A stretch of 64,000 nt of DNA, taken from a virus (taxonomy: Duplodnaviria > Caudoviricetes). The notes below the pieces were generated by a model. That model had not been told where the DNA came from. It saw only the letters and a list, made by a program, of their open reading frames with translations, and did no database searches. Position numbers and translations under genes: made by a program. Shown in pieces: positions 15,704 through 25,414 of the stretch. The stretch's first letter is position 1. Every line of letters starts with the position of its first letter. The stretch spans positions 1 to 64,000 of IMG/VR virus record IMGVR_UViG_3300028887_000100. One strand, written 5' to 3'.

Positions 15704-17668
15704 TTATGTAACAGCATATACAATAAATACTGCATATGTATCTCCAGCTTTAAAAGTATATGAGCTGGATTTTGTTGTAAGTGTTATTAATCCATTCGTT
15801 GAATCAAAAGTAAATGCACCCGCATTAGCATTTGTGTTACCTGTTTCTGAAGTAGCATTATAATTAATAACAGTACCATAAATCTGTTCAAAATTTCCAT
15901 TTATGAAATTCATTTTACCCATAAGGAAAGTTTGTTCATACTTATCTCCTTGTAATGCTAGAGGAACAGCTAATACCATTTCAACAGTTTTAGTTTTATC
16001 ATATGAAACATCAAAAGATATAACATCAGAACTAATGTTTACTGTTGTCATTGTAATATTAGATGGCAATCCTCCACCTCCACCAGAAACATTGACAGAA
16101 ACATTAGCATAGTTTGTAATATCATATGTTCCATTATCAGTTATTGGATAAGTACCAGTAGGAACTATTCCAGGAACTGCAACATCTGCACTAGCATATT
16201 GTGAAACATCTATACCAGTTCCATTTTGCGTAATTTGTATCGTTCCAGAAACACTAGTAGGAACATTTACATAAGCACTTGCATAAGATTTCATATCATA
16301 TGTGCCATTTTCCGTAATCGTTTTAACTGCTAATGTGTCTGGTATAGGAACTCCTTCTTCATAAAACCAAGTTCTTATCTTAGTATTACCATCGTAACAC
16401 TCAATCTTACCAACATTATATACATCATGAATAACACAAGGTATATCAAAAGGTAAGTCACTCCATTTGCTAATTCCAGTCCAACCGTCATTAACACTAG
16501 GACAAGCTGGTATGTTAAATGTTTTAGTCGTATAACTTAAACCATCAATAGCATATTGTCTTACAGTAAGAGTTTTTGCAGAAGTATAGTCATTGCTACA
16601 GATAATAGTAATATCTTTACCATCGCAGAATATTGAAGAGACTAGCAATGTATCATATGTATCAAGTCCTTCATCTGTTAACTGATATACAGTATCACCA
16701 GGATAACAAGGCGTACTATAACCTGCACCAATTAAGTTACCTTCTAATAACAATGTCGAATTCTTTTTAATTGAAGTGCCATAAAGTCCACCACCATGGA
16801 ATATACAGTAATTCATATAAGAATCATTAGCAGCTGCCTGATAGAATACAGAATACGACCATCCACCTCCCTTAGGACTATATGGCATATTCATGCATTC
16901 AAATCTTACATTATATAAAATTGTACTATCAACATCACTACTAAACTGTAAACCGTCATAGTGTGCTTCTCCTGCAGTACTAACTTCAGGTTCAACATCC
17001 ATTACATATGAATTTATAATAGTATCATAGCTAAATAACTTAATAGCATCTTCAACATCAGTATCACCATATTTTGTTTTATAAAATGTTCTGTTACCTA
17101 TCAAACATCTTTCAACATAGGAATTAGATAATTTGAACATTTCCATAGAACAATTCATAAATGCAAACTGGATCATATCAGCTGATGCAAATGAATAAGC
17201 AGAGTTAACTTTCCTAAACAAACAATTTATAAAAACTATTTGTATTCCAGCTTTATAATATTGATCATTTTTACTGCATAAATTAACATTAGCTATTTCT
17301 AAACCAGTATATGCTGTGAAGTCAATATTTCTATAAACAATCGGCGCAGAAGTATCAACATTATATATTGTTTTCTTTGATGATGTGTTAAAATCAAGTT
17401 TTAAATTACCGCTAGAAGTATTCCATATTAATCCAGAAGTATCTGATAATTCATCAAATGGCTCTAAGTAACCATGCGATCCTACATTATATATATCTGG
17501 AATAATAAGTTTATCTCTGAAATCCAGATCAGAACTTCCACCAGTAGGAATAGAGGCAACCGCAGCCGCCATTTGTCCAACTTTATATGTATCTTGTGTA
17601 CCAAGTTTAGCACGAATAGCAGATGCGATTGCAGATATTGAGCTTTCTTCATATAGTTTATTACTCAT
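15704..17668 (-). CDS. Tail fibre / receptor-binding-like protein with beta-helix region
   Basis: N-terminal AIASAIRAKLG...QMAAAVASIP motif typical of fibres; repeated ITxNGTYD/YAxAxVNVP units. Confidence 0.7.
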   Translation of the reverse strand: MSNKLYEESSISAIASAIRAKLGTQDTYKVGQMAAAVASIPTGGSSDLDFRDKLIIPDIYNVGSHGYLEPFDELSDTSGLIWNTSSGNLKLDFNTSSKKTIYNVDTSAPIVYRNIDFTAYTGLEIANVNLCSKNDQYYKAGIQIVFINCLFRKVNSAYSFASADMIQFAFMNCSMEMFKLSNSYVERCLIGNRTFYKTKYGDTDVEDAIKLFSYDTIINSYVMDVEPEVSTAGEAHYDGLQFSSDVDSTILYNVRFECMNMPYSPKGGGWSYSVFYQAAANDSYMNYCIFHGGGLYGTSIKKNSTLLLEGNLIGAGYSTPCYPGDTVYQLTDEGLDTYDTLLVSSIFCDGKDITIICSNDYTSAKTLTVRQYAIDGLSYTTKTFNIPACPSVNDGWTGISKWSDLPFDIPCVIHDVYNVGKIECYDGNTKIRTWFYEEGVPIPDTLAVKTITENGTYDMKSYASAYVNVPTSVSGTIQITQNGTGIDVSQYASADVAVPGIVPTGTYPITDNGTYDITNYANVSVNVSGGGGGLPSNITMTTVNISSDVISFDVSYDKTKTVEMVLAVPLALQGDKYEQTFLMGKMNFINGNFEQIYGTVINYNATSETGNTNANAGAFTFDSTNGLITLTTKSSSYTFKAGDTYAVFIVYAVT

Positions 17669-17691
17669 ATCATACCTCCATTTTGAATTAT

Positions 17692-17820
17692 TTATTTAAG
17701 TTTTGAATAATGTTTTGAGATGTTAGTTAAAATATTAATAACAGGTCTTACAACATTATACATGAAAAACCTTACTTTCATCATATTCTTCTCAAAATCA
17801 CTTTTCTCTTTTTTCTTCAT
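17692..17820 (-). CDS. 42-aa basic peptide (missing from ORF track)
   Basis: AGGAGG RBS; MKKKEKSDFEKNMMKVRFF... Confidence 0.45.
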   Translation of the reverse strand: MKKKEKSDFEKNMMKVRFFMYNVVRPVINILTNISKHYSKLK

Positions 17821-17833
17821 AGTATTTTCCTCC

Positions 17834-18868
17834 TTATAAAACTATTCTCATTTCAGGTTTGATGTCTTCTCTAATACCATTTTCATCAAAGTATTTTTCA
17901 AAGATTTCATCTGAACTTAAGTCATTGTAAACATCTACCATTTCAACTGAACTCCAGCCAAAGAATTCTCGTATAACATGATATGGTAAATTTAGTTTTA
18001 TAAGTTTTGTATCAACGTAATGTCTAACAGCATGCCAATAGAAATTTTTATTAAGTAACTTTGAGAATACTTCTTTCCACCAATCCATAGTATCTATCGA
18101 AATAGGTTCATTTGGATTAGCTTGTTTTGGAAATAGCCATTCGCTAACTATTCCTTTTTCTTCTCTTTCTTTTAACCATAATCGTAAATATGGATCAAAA
18201 GTATGTTTAAGAGTATAACAATAAATCATTTTGCCTTTAGAAGTTCTACCTTTTGTTTTAACCTTTTCTGGCGTTTTATAAATAGAACCATATAAGACAT
18301 AATCATCATTAAAATACCATGATTTAAATCTAGGTATCTCAGCTTTTCTTCTTCCAGAATTCATAGCTAAACTCAAAGCACAAGCTTGTTTATATGCTTT
18401 ATGTTCAACTAAAGTATTAAGTAGCCATTCAAGTTCTTCTTCTTTTAATACTGTTTTGTCTCTAACAGGAGTTATTACTGGAGATTCAATTTTTCGTATA
18501 ACAGAATGGTAACCAGCATATTCTTCTTCCTCATCCAGAATATTTTCAATAAAGTTTGAGAAAGATGAAATAGTTGCTTTAACTCTTCTTAAACGATTAG
18601 GACTCCACTCCCAAAAACTTAAAGCCCTTAATTGAAACTTCATAAACTCTCGTTTAGTAATTTCAATAAAGAACTTATTGTTATTTTCTACAACATTCCA
18701 ACAGAAGAAAATGTTTAAATCATTTCTGTACTGGTATATTGTAGTTGGTGATTTGTCGACAGAAATTAAATACTCTTCAAAAGAATACATAAGTTTTCTG
18801 TTCTTTTCATTGATTTGCTTTAAGAGCTCCTCGTTACAGATGTTGTTGTGTTTTGTTTCTCGTGCCAT
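17834..18868 (-). CDS. Tyrosine recombinase (integrase/Xer family)
   Basis: Catalytic set present: GRRKAEI (R), KTKG (K), HAVRH (HxxR), GWSS (W), DVY (Y). Confidence 0.9.
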   Translation of the reverse strand: MARETKHNNICNEELLKQINEKNRKLMYSFEEYLISVDKSPTTIYQYRNDLNIFFCWNVVENNNKFFIEITKREFMKFQLRALSFWEWSPNRLRRVKATISSFSNFIENILDEEEEYAGYHSVIRKIESPVITPVRDKTVLKEEELEWLLNTLVEHKAYKQACALSLAMNSGRRKAEIPRFKSWYFNDDYVLYGSIYKTPEKVKTKGRTSKGKMIYCYTLKHTFDPYLRLWLKEREEKGIVSEWLFPKQANPNEPISIDTMDWWKEVFSKLLNKNFYWHAVRHYVDTKLIKLNLPYHVIREFFGWSSVEMVDVYNDLSSDEIFEKYFDENGIREDIKPEMRIVL

Positions 18869-18894
18869 TTTTTATTCGTCTCCTTTTAAAAATA

Positions 18895-18930
18895 TTATAG
18901 GAGACCATATGTTATATACAGTCTCCTATT
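18895..18930 (-). terminator. Hairpin upstream of the recombinase
   Basis: ATAGGAGAC...GTCTCCTAT followed by AATATTTTT. Confidence 0.5.
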
Positions 18931-18969
18931 TTGAAACGAATAAATTTTCGCGACACTAAAATTTTGGTT

Positions 18970-19071
18970 TTATTGGGTTTCATCTTCTTTCCATAACCGC
19001 TTTAATCCTATCATCAAAGCAATTAAAGTGATTGCAACGCCTACTAAAAATCCTATAAGAAAATTAATCAT
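18970..19071 (-). CDS. 33-aa single-TM peptide
   Basis: MINFLIGFLVGVAITLIALMIGLKRLWKEDETQ. Confidence 0.5.
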   Translation of the reverse strand: MINFLIGFLVGVAITLIALMIGLKRLWKEDETQ

Positions 19072-19090
19072 CTTCCATCCTAAAATAGTT

Positions 19091-19231
19091 TTATTGGGTT
19101 ACATCAGTTTCATCAAAAGGTGATGGATATTTTTCTTTCAATTTTTTATCTACTATCGGCAAAACAATAAAATGGAAACCCAATCGCATCACCAACATAA
19201 TTCCTAAACTAATTAATATATAAATATTCAT
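19091..19231 (-). CDS. 46-aa single-TM peptide
   Basis: MNIYILISLGIMLVMRLGFHFIVLPIVDKK...DVTQ; GAGAGG RBS. Confidence 0.55.
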   Translation of the reverse strand: MNIYILISLGIMLVMRLGFHFIVLPIVDKKLKEKYPSPFDETDVTQ

Positions 19232-19265
19232 ATCTTTCCTCTCCTAAAATGGTTATTTTATGGGG

Positions 19266-21044
19266 TTACACATTAATCAAGCCTTTTATGTAATCTGCAA
19301 AACGATTATAAGTTTCGGCTAATTGTGCTACATCCGCCAAACTTGCCAACTCGCCGTTGTGGTAATCAAACTGAATGTTTGTTCCGTTAGTAGACACATA
19401 AACGTAATCCTTTAAAAGGCTGATTTCCCGTGGTGTTAATTGAATGGTAAAGGGTGTGGCTAAAGGATATCCTACTTTCTGTCCTACAAGAGCAGTTTGT
19501 AAACTTGTTGCATCTGTGTATCTGCTATCAAAAACAATAAGCATTTGAGCATTGTTATAAAATCTTATAGAAGCATCTGGAATTTGCGGTGCTGGAACAG
19601 GTGCAGTTTGGTAACATGAACAAACTAAATCAGATGATGTATAAACCGCAGGGTACATATCTGTAATATTTTCACTTCTAAAATATGTATAACTTCCATC
19701 AACAATTTTTGTCCAAGCAAGATTCCCCATATCAACGGCGTTATGTGTAACCGTCAGCACACCCGTCCTAACATCCAAAGTTGCCCCATACACCGTCCGC
19801 CCCAAGGATTCCGATAAATCTATGATTTTAATGGGTGGTTCGTAAGTAGATTGTGTACTTCCATATTCAATTTGTGAATTTGCACAATTAGTAACTGTTC
19901 TAAACGCTATCCACCCTGTTATCGGAGCAATAATTGCTACACCGACGGTATATGTATATCGTGAAGAATCATATGCTTGACTTGTTGCCGTGGGCTTATT
20001 GGTAAACCAAGCCATTGTCGCATTTCCATCTGACGATATTACATATGATGCACCTTTTACAACAGGAGCATATACCACATCATATCCTGTTTCACTTGCG
20101 AAAGTTCCGTTTGCATTGATAGCATAACCCGATAATTTACCGTCAACAAGATTCTTCCCACACGATAAAACCTCAATTTTATCGTAGCCAGATATAGGAC
20201 AGATGTTTTCGTATGGAGCAAAACTTGAATCGCTTTCCGTGGAAAGGCGTATCATGGGCTTGAATAACTTATTTGTTGTCTGCCCTGCGAAACAAGTTAT
20301 AGCAATATTATTACTTGCATATGTTGACGGATATGTATATGATGCACCGTTTCCAATATCACTTACACTACCACCACCGTTCACCCATAAACCTAAAACA
20401 TAAGAGTTTGAAGAACCACCACTCGGACAACCACTTAATATTATAGACTTACCTGCTACAGTATTAAAATACGCTTCGACATTTTGTGTGATATAAAAAG
20501 TTGCTTGTGATGTAAAATTACCATTTGCTAAAATTCCTGTCACATTTCCTGCCGAATCAGTTTGTATGGTAAATGTTCCCCCATTAATTGTGTAAACATT
20601 ACCATTCCATGTTCCTGCTATATTTTGACCTTTAATAGCCGAAATCTCCAATGGTGCAAGGTTCTTTCCCCCACCTGCGGGATAAGGCTTTGATTGCCCG
20701 TGTAAGTCCTGTATAGGCTCAAAGGTGATAACGGGATTTACCGCTAATTGCGAGGATTTTAAACCGCTTATGGATAACGGATTGCCCGATACCGATTCCA
20801 ATGAAACGTCTATTTTATCCTGAATGTCGCTAATATCCTCTTCTATTTCGTCAATAGCATCCTGCACGTTGGTCGCAGACAATCCGCTTGATGTGTTGTC
20901 ATAATCAACGTCTTCGGCATCAGGTTTTACAACATCCACAATTCTTCCCAATTCTTCAGCTAATACATCTGCTATATTCCGTGGATTAGTCTCTGTGGTG
21001 TTTAAACTTTCATCCAATGCCATAGGTTTTGTAACTGTTGCCAT
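19266..21044 (-). CDS. Tail fibre / receptor-binding protein
   Basis: YDNTSSGLSATNVQDAIDEI, PYPAGGGKNL and YQLATP-type motifs; position after the baseplate genes. Confidence 0.75.
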   Translation of the reverse strand: MATVTKPMALDESLNTTETNPRNIADVLAEELGRIVDVVKPDAEDVDYDNTSSGLSATNVQDAIDEIEEDISDIQDKIDVSLESVSGNPLSISGLKSSQLAVNPVITFEPIQDLHGQSKPYPAGGGKNLAPLEISAIKGQNIAGTWNGNVYTINGGTFTIQTDSAGNVTGILANGNFTSQATFYITQNVEAYFNTVAGKSIILSGCPSGGSSNSYVLGLWVNGGGSVSDIGNGASYTYPSTYASNNIAITCFAGQTTNKLFKPMIRLSTESDSSFAPYENICPISGYDKIEVLSCGKNLVDGKLSGYAINANGTFASETGYDVVYAPVVKGASYVISSDGNATMAWFTNKPTATSQAYDSSRYTYTVGVAIIAPITGWIAFRTVTNCANSQIEYGSTQSTYEPPIKIIDLSESLGRTVYGATLDVRTGVLTVTHNAVDMGNLAWTKIVDGSYTYFRSENITDMYPAVYTSSDLVCSCYQTAPVPAPQIPDASIRFYNNAQMLIVFDSRYTDATSLQTALVGQKVGYPLATPFTIQLTPREISLLKDYVYVSTNGTNIQFDYHNGELASLADVAQLAETYNRFADYIKGLINV

Positions 21045-21055
21045 ATTTTGCCTCC

Positions 21056-21406
21056 TTATGTTGTTGTATACGTTATACAAACTTTACCATCTACAACAGA
21101 AAAGAAATCTGTTCCTCCACTACCTGAAGCCTGAATAGTAATCTTTTTGTTCTGTGCGTCAGGTGTAAGAATTATGTTATTCCCAGCTTCAAATTCAAGA
21201 GTATCTTCACCACTTGCTGTAAGGGTTGTACTTGCGATTTTGACAGATTTATAGGCATCATTGACAGCTCCACCTCCACCTTCCCCCCAAGTTCCATCAG
21301 CTTTGAGAACTTTACCATTACTAATATCTTGAGCAGTAGGCTTAGGCACTGTACCATTTCGGGAAGTATTAAAGGTCTCTTCTTCTTTAACGTATTTATG
21401 TCCCAT
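21056..21406 (-). CDS. Small tail fibre-associated protein
   Basis: VPKPTAQD...KVLKADGTW and EAGNNIILT fibre motifs. Confidence 0.6.
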   Translation of the reverse strand: MGHKYVKEEETFNTSRNGTVPKPTAQDISNGKVLKADGTWGEGGGGAVNDAYKSVKIASTTLTASGEDTLEFEAGNNIILTPDAQNKKITIQASGSGGTDFFSVVDGKVCITYTTT

Positions 21407-21407
21407 A

Positions 21408-22097
21408 TTACACCTCCAATACTCTTGCGTCAGCTAATGCTTTAACTTTTATAGCGTCTGGCAAGGCTATAAAATCACTTGCCACTAAATCAGATACAGG
21501 TTCGCCGTCATTAATAGATTCGCTATCAACCTGTGCTAATGTGTGTGTTTCATTATTACCGCTTATTGTCGGAACACTTTCCCAATTATATGTTATAAGT
21601 GGCGCTATATTACCCTTTATCCACTGATACATTTCGTTTCCTTTATTGTTAGGTGTCCAATAGCAAACCCAATCAGTAAAACCACCCGGCGCGTTTGCTT
21701 GATTTTTAAATAATAAACCAACTTTGCCACGTTGATTTTCTTCATCAATACCACAAACCAAATACGGTTTGTCGCCCTCCCAATACGAATTATTCGGCGC
21801 GCATGATAGCGCTTCACTCCAGCCACTTAAAATCTTGAATGAGCCTCCGGGTGGGTTAATATTATAATATGTAATTTGCACACTACCAACTGCAAGAGTA
21901 ATTGTTCTTGATGGGTTAGCATCTATTCGTAAATCGCCCAAAACAAAAGTCGACGATACACTCGCGTATGGTATGTACTGTCCTTGATTGGGATTTCCCG
22001 TTGGATATTCATTAGCAAAAAGTGTTGTATCAACCAAACCACAAGTGGCGCCTACACCAAGTAAATCATTACCACCTATTACATTTTCCCATGCCAT
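21408..22097 (-). CDS. Tail-associated protein with YNWxSV...INDGE module
   Basis: C-terminal module shared with 22125-23279. Confidence 0.6.
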   Translation of the reverse strand: MAWENVIGGNDLLGVGATCGLVDTTLFANEYPTGNPNQGQYIPYASVSSTFVLGDLRIDANPSRTITLAVGSVQITYYNINPPGGSFKILSGWSEALSCAPNNSYWEGDKPYLVCGIDEENQRGKVGLLFKNQANAPGGFTDWVCYWTPNNKGNEMYQWIKGNIAPLITYNWESVPTISGNNETHTLAQVDSESINDGEPVSDLVASDFIALPDAIKVKALADARVLEV

Positions 22098-22124
22098 TTC
22101 ATCACCTCCGATAAAACAATCGTT

Positions 22125-23279
22125 TTAAATGCTTTGATTACTTGCAGATAACCATGTATAAATATCACTCATTTGTTCATCAGTAGGCGTTTCCTGATTT
22201 ATACTGTAATTAGTTCCGTCAAAGTAAACCAAAGAAGGCTTTGCAATTTCGTTAGTATCGTCTTTTAAGAACTGAACATAAATCTTATTAGCATCTGATA
22301 CTGTCGAACCTGCATAAGCGTTAAAACTGTAAATAACTGTTTCTCCAGAATAAAGCTTAAACAGGATATGCCCGTCACTAATTTGTGCAGTCATTGTGTT
22401 ACTATTACCGCTATACAACAATATGACTTCTTCACCCATCCAACTTGTACGCACTGTATCAAAACTAACTGGTTCACTTTCGCTTATGTCAGTAAATATT
22501 ACAAACCAATATGTGCTCCCATCAGCTATGCCTGAAATAATCTTTTCAGTACTTGATTGTGTAATATCAATAGCTGTTCCATCCGTGTAAGAAGTAGGGA
22601 TATAGTCTTTTTTATAAACAAGTTTAATATAACTATAGGTTTCATCCGGGATAGAGTAAGATACTGTTACATTTGAATCTTCCTGTACTACAGCATCTAT
22701 CAAAGCATCCAAAGCCGAACTTGCTGAAAGACTTATATTACCACTTAAACCTACATCATCAACAGCCTCACCATCATTAATATTTAATATTTCTGTAAGC
22801 GATAAAATCCCATTTTTACCGCTTATTGCAGAAACACTTGTCCAGTTATATAATATAACTTGCTCGCCTATATATTCAAAATACGGCGTATAATCAACCG
22901 TATAGCCCGAGCCTGTCCCATGCAAGTGAAATGTCTCTAAAGCTGTCACGGGTTGCGAAGTGACTAAGCTATAGCCGCCACTTGTGCCAACAAGAGCGGC
23001 ATAATACCCTGTTGTACTATCGTATTGTATAGAGCCTAACTCACTATTCCCATTTACTTTTAGCATTGTCGGCTGGCTATCCCATATCATAAAACACGAA
23101 ACACCGGAAAACTCATAAATACTTACACGTTCGCGCCACCAAGCAAAAGCAGAATTATAGCCACCGCCTGCCCAGCCCGAAACCGTGCTCGTATAATGAA
23201 CAAATGCATCACAATTAACTATTGGCGCAATATCACACTCTATACCTGTAAAATAACCGGAAGGTCCTACTATTTGCAT
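22125..23279 (-). CDS. Modular tail-associated protein
   Basis: Contains the YNW module and a copy of the 100-aa C-terminal domain of 23327-25402. Confidence 0.65.
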   Translation of the reverse strand: MQIVGPSGYFTGIECDIAPIVNCDAFVHYTSTVSGWAGGGYNSAFAWWRERVSIYEFSGVSCFMIWDSQPTMLKVNGNSELGSIQYDSTTGYYAALVGTSGGYSLVTSQPVTALETFHLHGTGSGYTVDYTPYFEYIGEQVILYNWTSVSAISGKNGILSLTEILNINDGEAVDDVGLSGNISLSASSALDALIDAVVQEDSNVTVSYSIPDETYSYIKLVYKKDYIPTSYTDGTAIDITQSSTEKIISGIADGSTYWFVIFTDISESEPVSFDTVRTSWMGEEVILLYSGNSNTMTAQISDGHILFKLYSGETVIYSFNAYAGSTVSDANKIYVQFLKDDTNEIAKPSLVYFDGTNYSINQETPTDEQMSDIYTWLSASNQSI

Positions 23280-23326
23280 TTAATCACCTCCATAAATAAT
23301 CATTTTATATGGATAAAACCGTTATT

Positions 23327-25402
23327 TTATGCACTCGGTAATCCTGCCGAAAGCCAAGTATATATTAGACCCATTTCAGCATCAGTAGGACTTTCCTGAT
23401 TGTAGCTATATACATCTGTACCTGTATAGTAAACAAATGAAGGTTTAGCAACCTCGTTAGTGTCATCTTTAAGGAAAGCAACGTGGATTTTATCAACGTC
23501 AGCTACGCTACTGCCAACAGGACTTGTAAAACTGTAAATCTCTGTATCGCCTGTATAAAGCTTAAATACGATACTGCTATTGCTAATCTGAACTGTAAGG
23601 CTATTGCTGTCACCACTCCAAAGAATTTCTATTTCAGAACCATCCCATGTACCTGCACCACCCATGTGTACGTCTGTGATAAGTGGTGCTAAGATTTCCT
23701 TACTTGTATTTACAGATATTACTTTTGTAAATCTGTAATCGCCCTTATCATCATAAGGAAAAATACCATAATAATACTGTTTATTGATTTCGATATTACT
23801 ATCAACAAAAGGTGTATTAGCATAAGCGTCTCTTGTTGTGCTATTAACAAGAATAGTTCCGTCCCAAGGATACCAAGGTTCAGAACCTTCCTTACGCACA
23901 ACAACTGTGCCAGCCCAAGTAGCTGGTGCAGGACGAGAGTTGCTTATATCTTCCGGGTCAGTCCACATAATACCAACTTCACCGCTATCAGCATCATAGC
24001 TAACTGATATATGAGAAGGCTCTTGTAACATACGAAAACCTATATTTCGTATAGCTTTAACAAACTTTGTTTTCCAATCATCTTTAAGAACACTTATACC
24101 ATCAGCACCGCTACCACTTGTTGCTACATCACTATCGCCTTGTTGCCATCTATCATTAGTTATCTTATAACGTGGTTGCTTTCTATCTCCCTTTGCATAA
24201 TACACATCTGTAAACTCTTGTAGACCCGTAAATTCACGTTTTAGTATATAAGAGTATAAATTCTTCACGATAGGAGTCTCATCGTCAACTCCGTCTGTTT
24301 CCTCATCATAGGTGACGTTCTCAAGATTTATCCTATCTCCAACTTCATAGCATAAGTTTCCTTCGCACTCACTCTCAATGGGATAATACCACATATGAGT
24401 TATCGTATTTCTCAGATTGAGTGCGGCTTGCTTTATTGCTTCAAGTCTACCTTCGATTCCGCTATTGTTTGTGAATACAAAGCTGTTTACAATATTATAA
24501 ACGCTTGGATGAGTATAAGCTGAATTGCCCTCATAAGCAATTCTTATATTGTTTCTGTCCCAAATAGCAACATAGCCAATACCCCAAACATGATAGTCCT
24601 CATAGATGACAGGCTTAAAGCTGTCCTCTTCCGTAATAACTCTTTTAGGGTCTTGGTCGAATGTTTCAAGGCTAATATATCTAAATACGCCAGTTCTATC
24701 AATATGTCCAAATACTCCGTTTGCTTCAAGAAGTCCTTCCATTACAAAGCCAAAAGTGATAACATCGCTTTCAATACTGTTTTCTACTTCAAAGTCATCA
24801 TTTATAAGTTCAACGGTCTCTTGAGATAATGTATATTCATATCCAGCACCTTTTATACCAATTGATGTTGTCTGACTCTTGGATGTTGTCAGCCACTCAA
24901 ATATTGCATTTCTCCAATCCTCTATGGAGACAGTGGAATTTGACGCATACAGCTTGTTATACAACTTAGTGATATCATAATCATATAAGTCCTGTAAAAC
25001 GTCAAAACAAGTCAAATGGCGTGTTTCCCTGTCATCTGAATATTCATCCATCTTGACAACATACAAACCCACTTGGAAAAGTGTACTGCTATCCTCATCA
25101 AAATAGATATATACTTTTATCTCATCATCTTTTAAGGATGTAATGCTTATATCATTAAAGATATCAATTTCAAACTTTGACGGATGCATTGAACCAAACT
25201 TCAGATTCTGGCTTTCGTTAAGTGCTTCAGCAAGGGCTATTGAATCTCCGTCCATATTTGCTTCAGTCAATGTAAAATCAGCATCAGTTATTGTAGGTGC
25301 TGAATCTTCAACAGGAGTGACAGTAGCGGAAGAATTAACTATGATTAGATGTACTGTTTCATGTTCGGAAAACAGGTCTATGTAATCGTATGTATCTATC
25401 AT
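23327..25402 (-). CDS. Baseplate hub / Tal-like protein with C-terminal extension
   Basis: Follows Dit; FN3-like GTVVVRKEG...DGTILV segment. Confidence 0.7.
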   Translation of the reverse strand: MIDTYDYIDLFSEHETVHLIIVNSSATVTPVEDSAPTITDADFTLTEANMDGDSIALAEALNESQNLKFGSMHPSKFEIDIFNDISITSLKDDEIKVYIYFDEDSSTLFQVGLYVVKMDEYSDDRETRHLTCFDVLQDLYDYDITKLYNKLYASNSTVSIEDWRNAIFEWLTTSKSQTTSIGIKGAGYEYTLSQETVELINDDFEVENSIESDVITFGFVMEGLLEANGVFGHIDRTGVFRYISLETFDQDPKRVITEEDSFKPVIYEDYHVWGIGYVAIWDRNNIRIAYEGNSAYTHPSVYNIVNSFVFTNNSGIEGRLEAIKQAALNLRNTITHMWYYPIESECEGNLCYEVGDRINLENVTYDEETDGVDDETPIVKNLYSYILKREFTGLQEFTDVYYAKGDRKQPRYKITNDRWQQGDSDVATSGSGADGISVLKDDWKTKFVKAIRNIGFRMLQEPSHISVSYDADSGEVGIMWTDPEDISNSRPAPATWAGTVVVRKEGSEPWYPWDGTILVNSTTRDAYANTPFVDSNIEINKQYYYGIFPYDDKGDYRFTKVISVNTSKEILAPLITDVHMGGAGTWDGSEIEILWSGDSNSLTVQISNSSIVFKLYTGDTEIYSFTSPVGSSVADVDKIHVAFLKDDTNEVAKPSFVYYTGTDVYSYNQESPTDAEMGLIYTWLSAGLPSA

Positions 25403-25414
25403 ACAAATTCCTCC

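Larger units (their letters stand above)
1..18960 (-). mobile_element. Left phage-derived segment (recombinase, beta-helix proteins, lysis genes, modular protein array, promoter cassettes)
   Basis: Holin, endolysin and fibre-like genes; own promoter and terminator signatures; GATC frequent; visibly more AT-rich than the right segment. Confidence 0.8.
18967..19271. repeat. Three imperfect direct repeats TG(T/A)AACCC(A/C)ATAAAA (minus strand)
   Basis: 18967-18984 and 19088-19105 are 17/18 identical; third copy at about 19256-19270. Confidence 0.75.

Noticed and set aside
17834-18868. Classical integron integrase driving the 1-2.8 kb cassettes
   Set aside because: No attC-like GTTRRRY/RYYYAAC palindromes seen, cassettes carry their own promoters, and the gene is 15 kb away; family placement needs an HMM search
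19266-25402. Diversity-generating retroelement or invertible shufflon acting on tail fibres
   Set aside because: No reverse transcriptase; duplicated domains differ at all base types rather than only adenines; all genes are co-oriented with no inverted crossover sites seen
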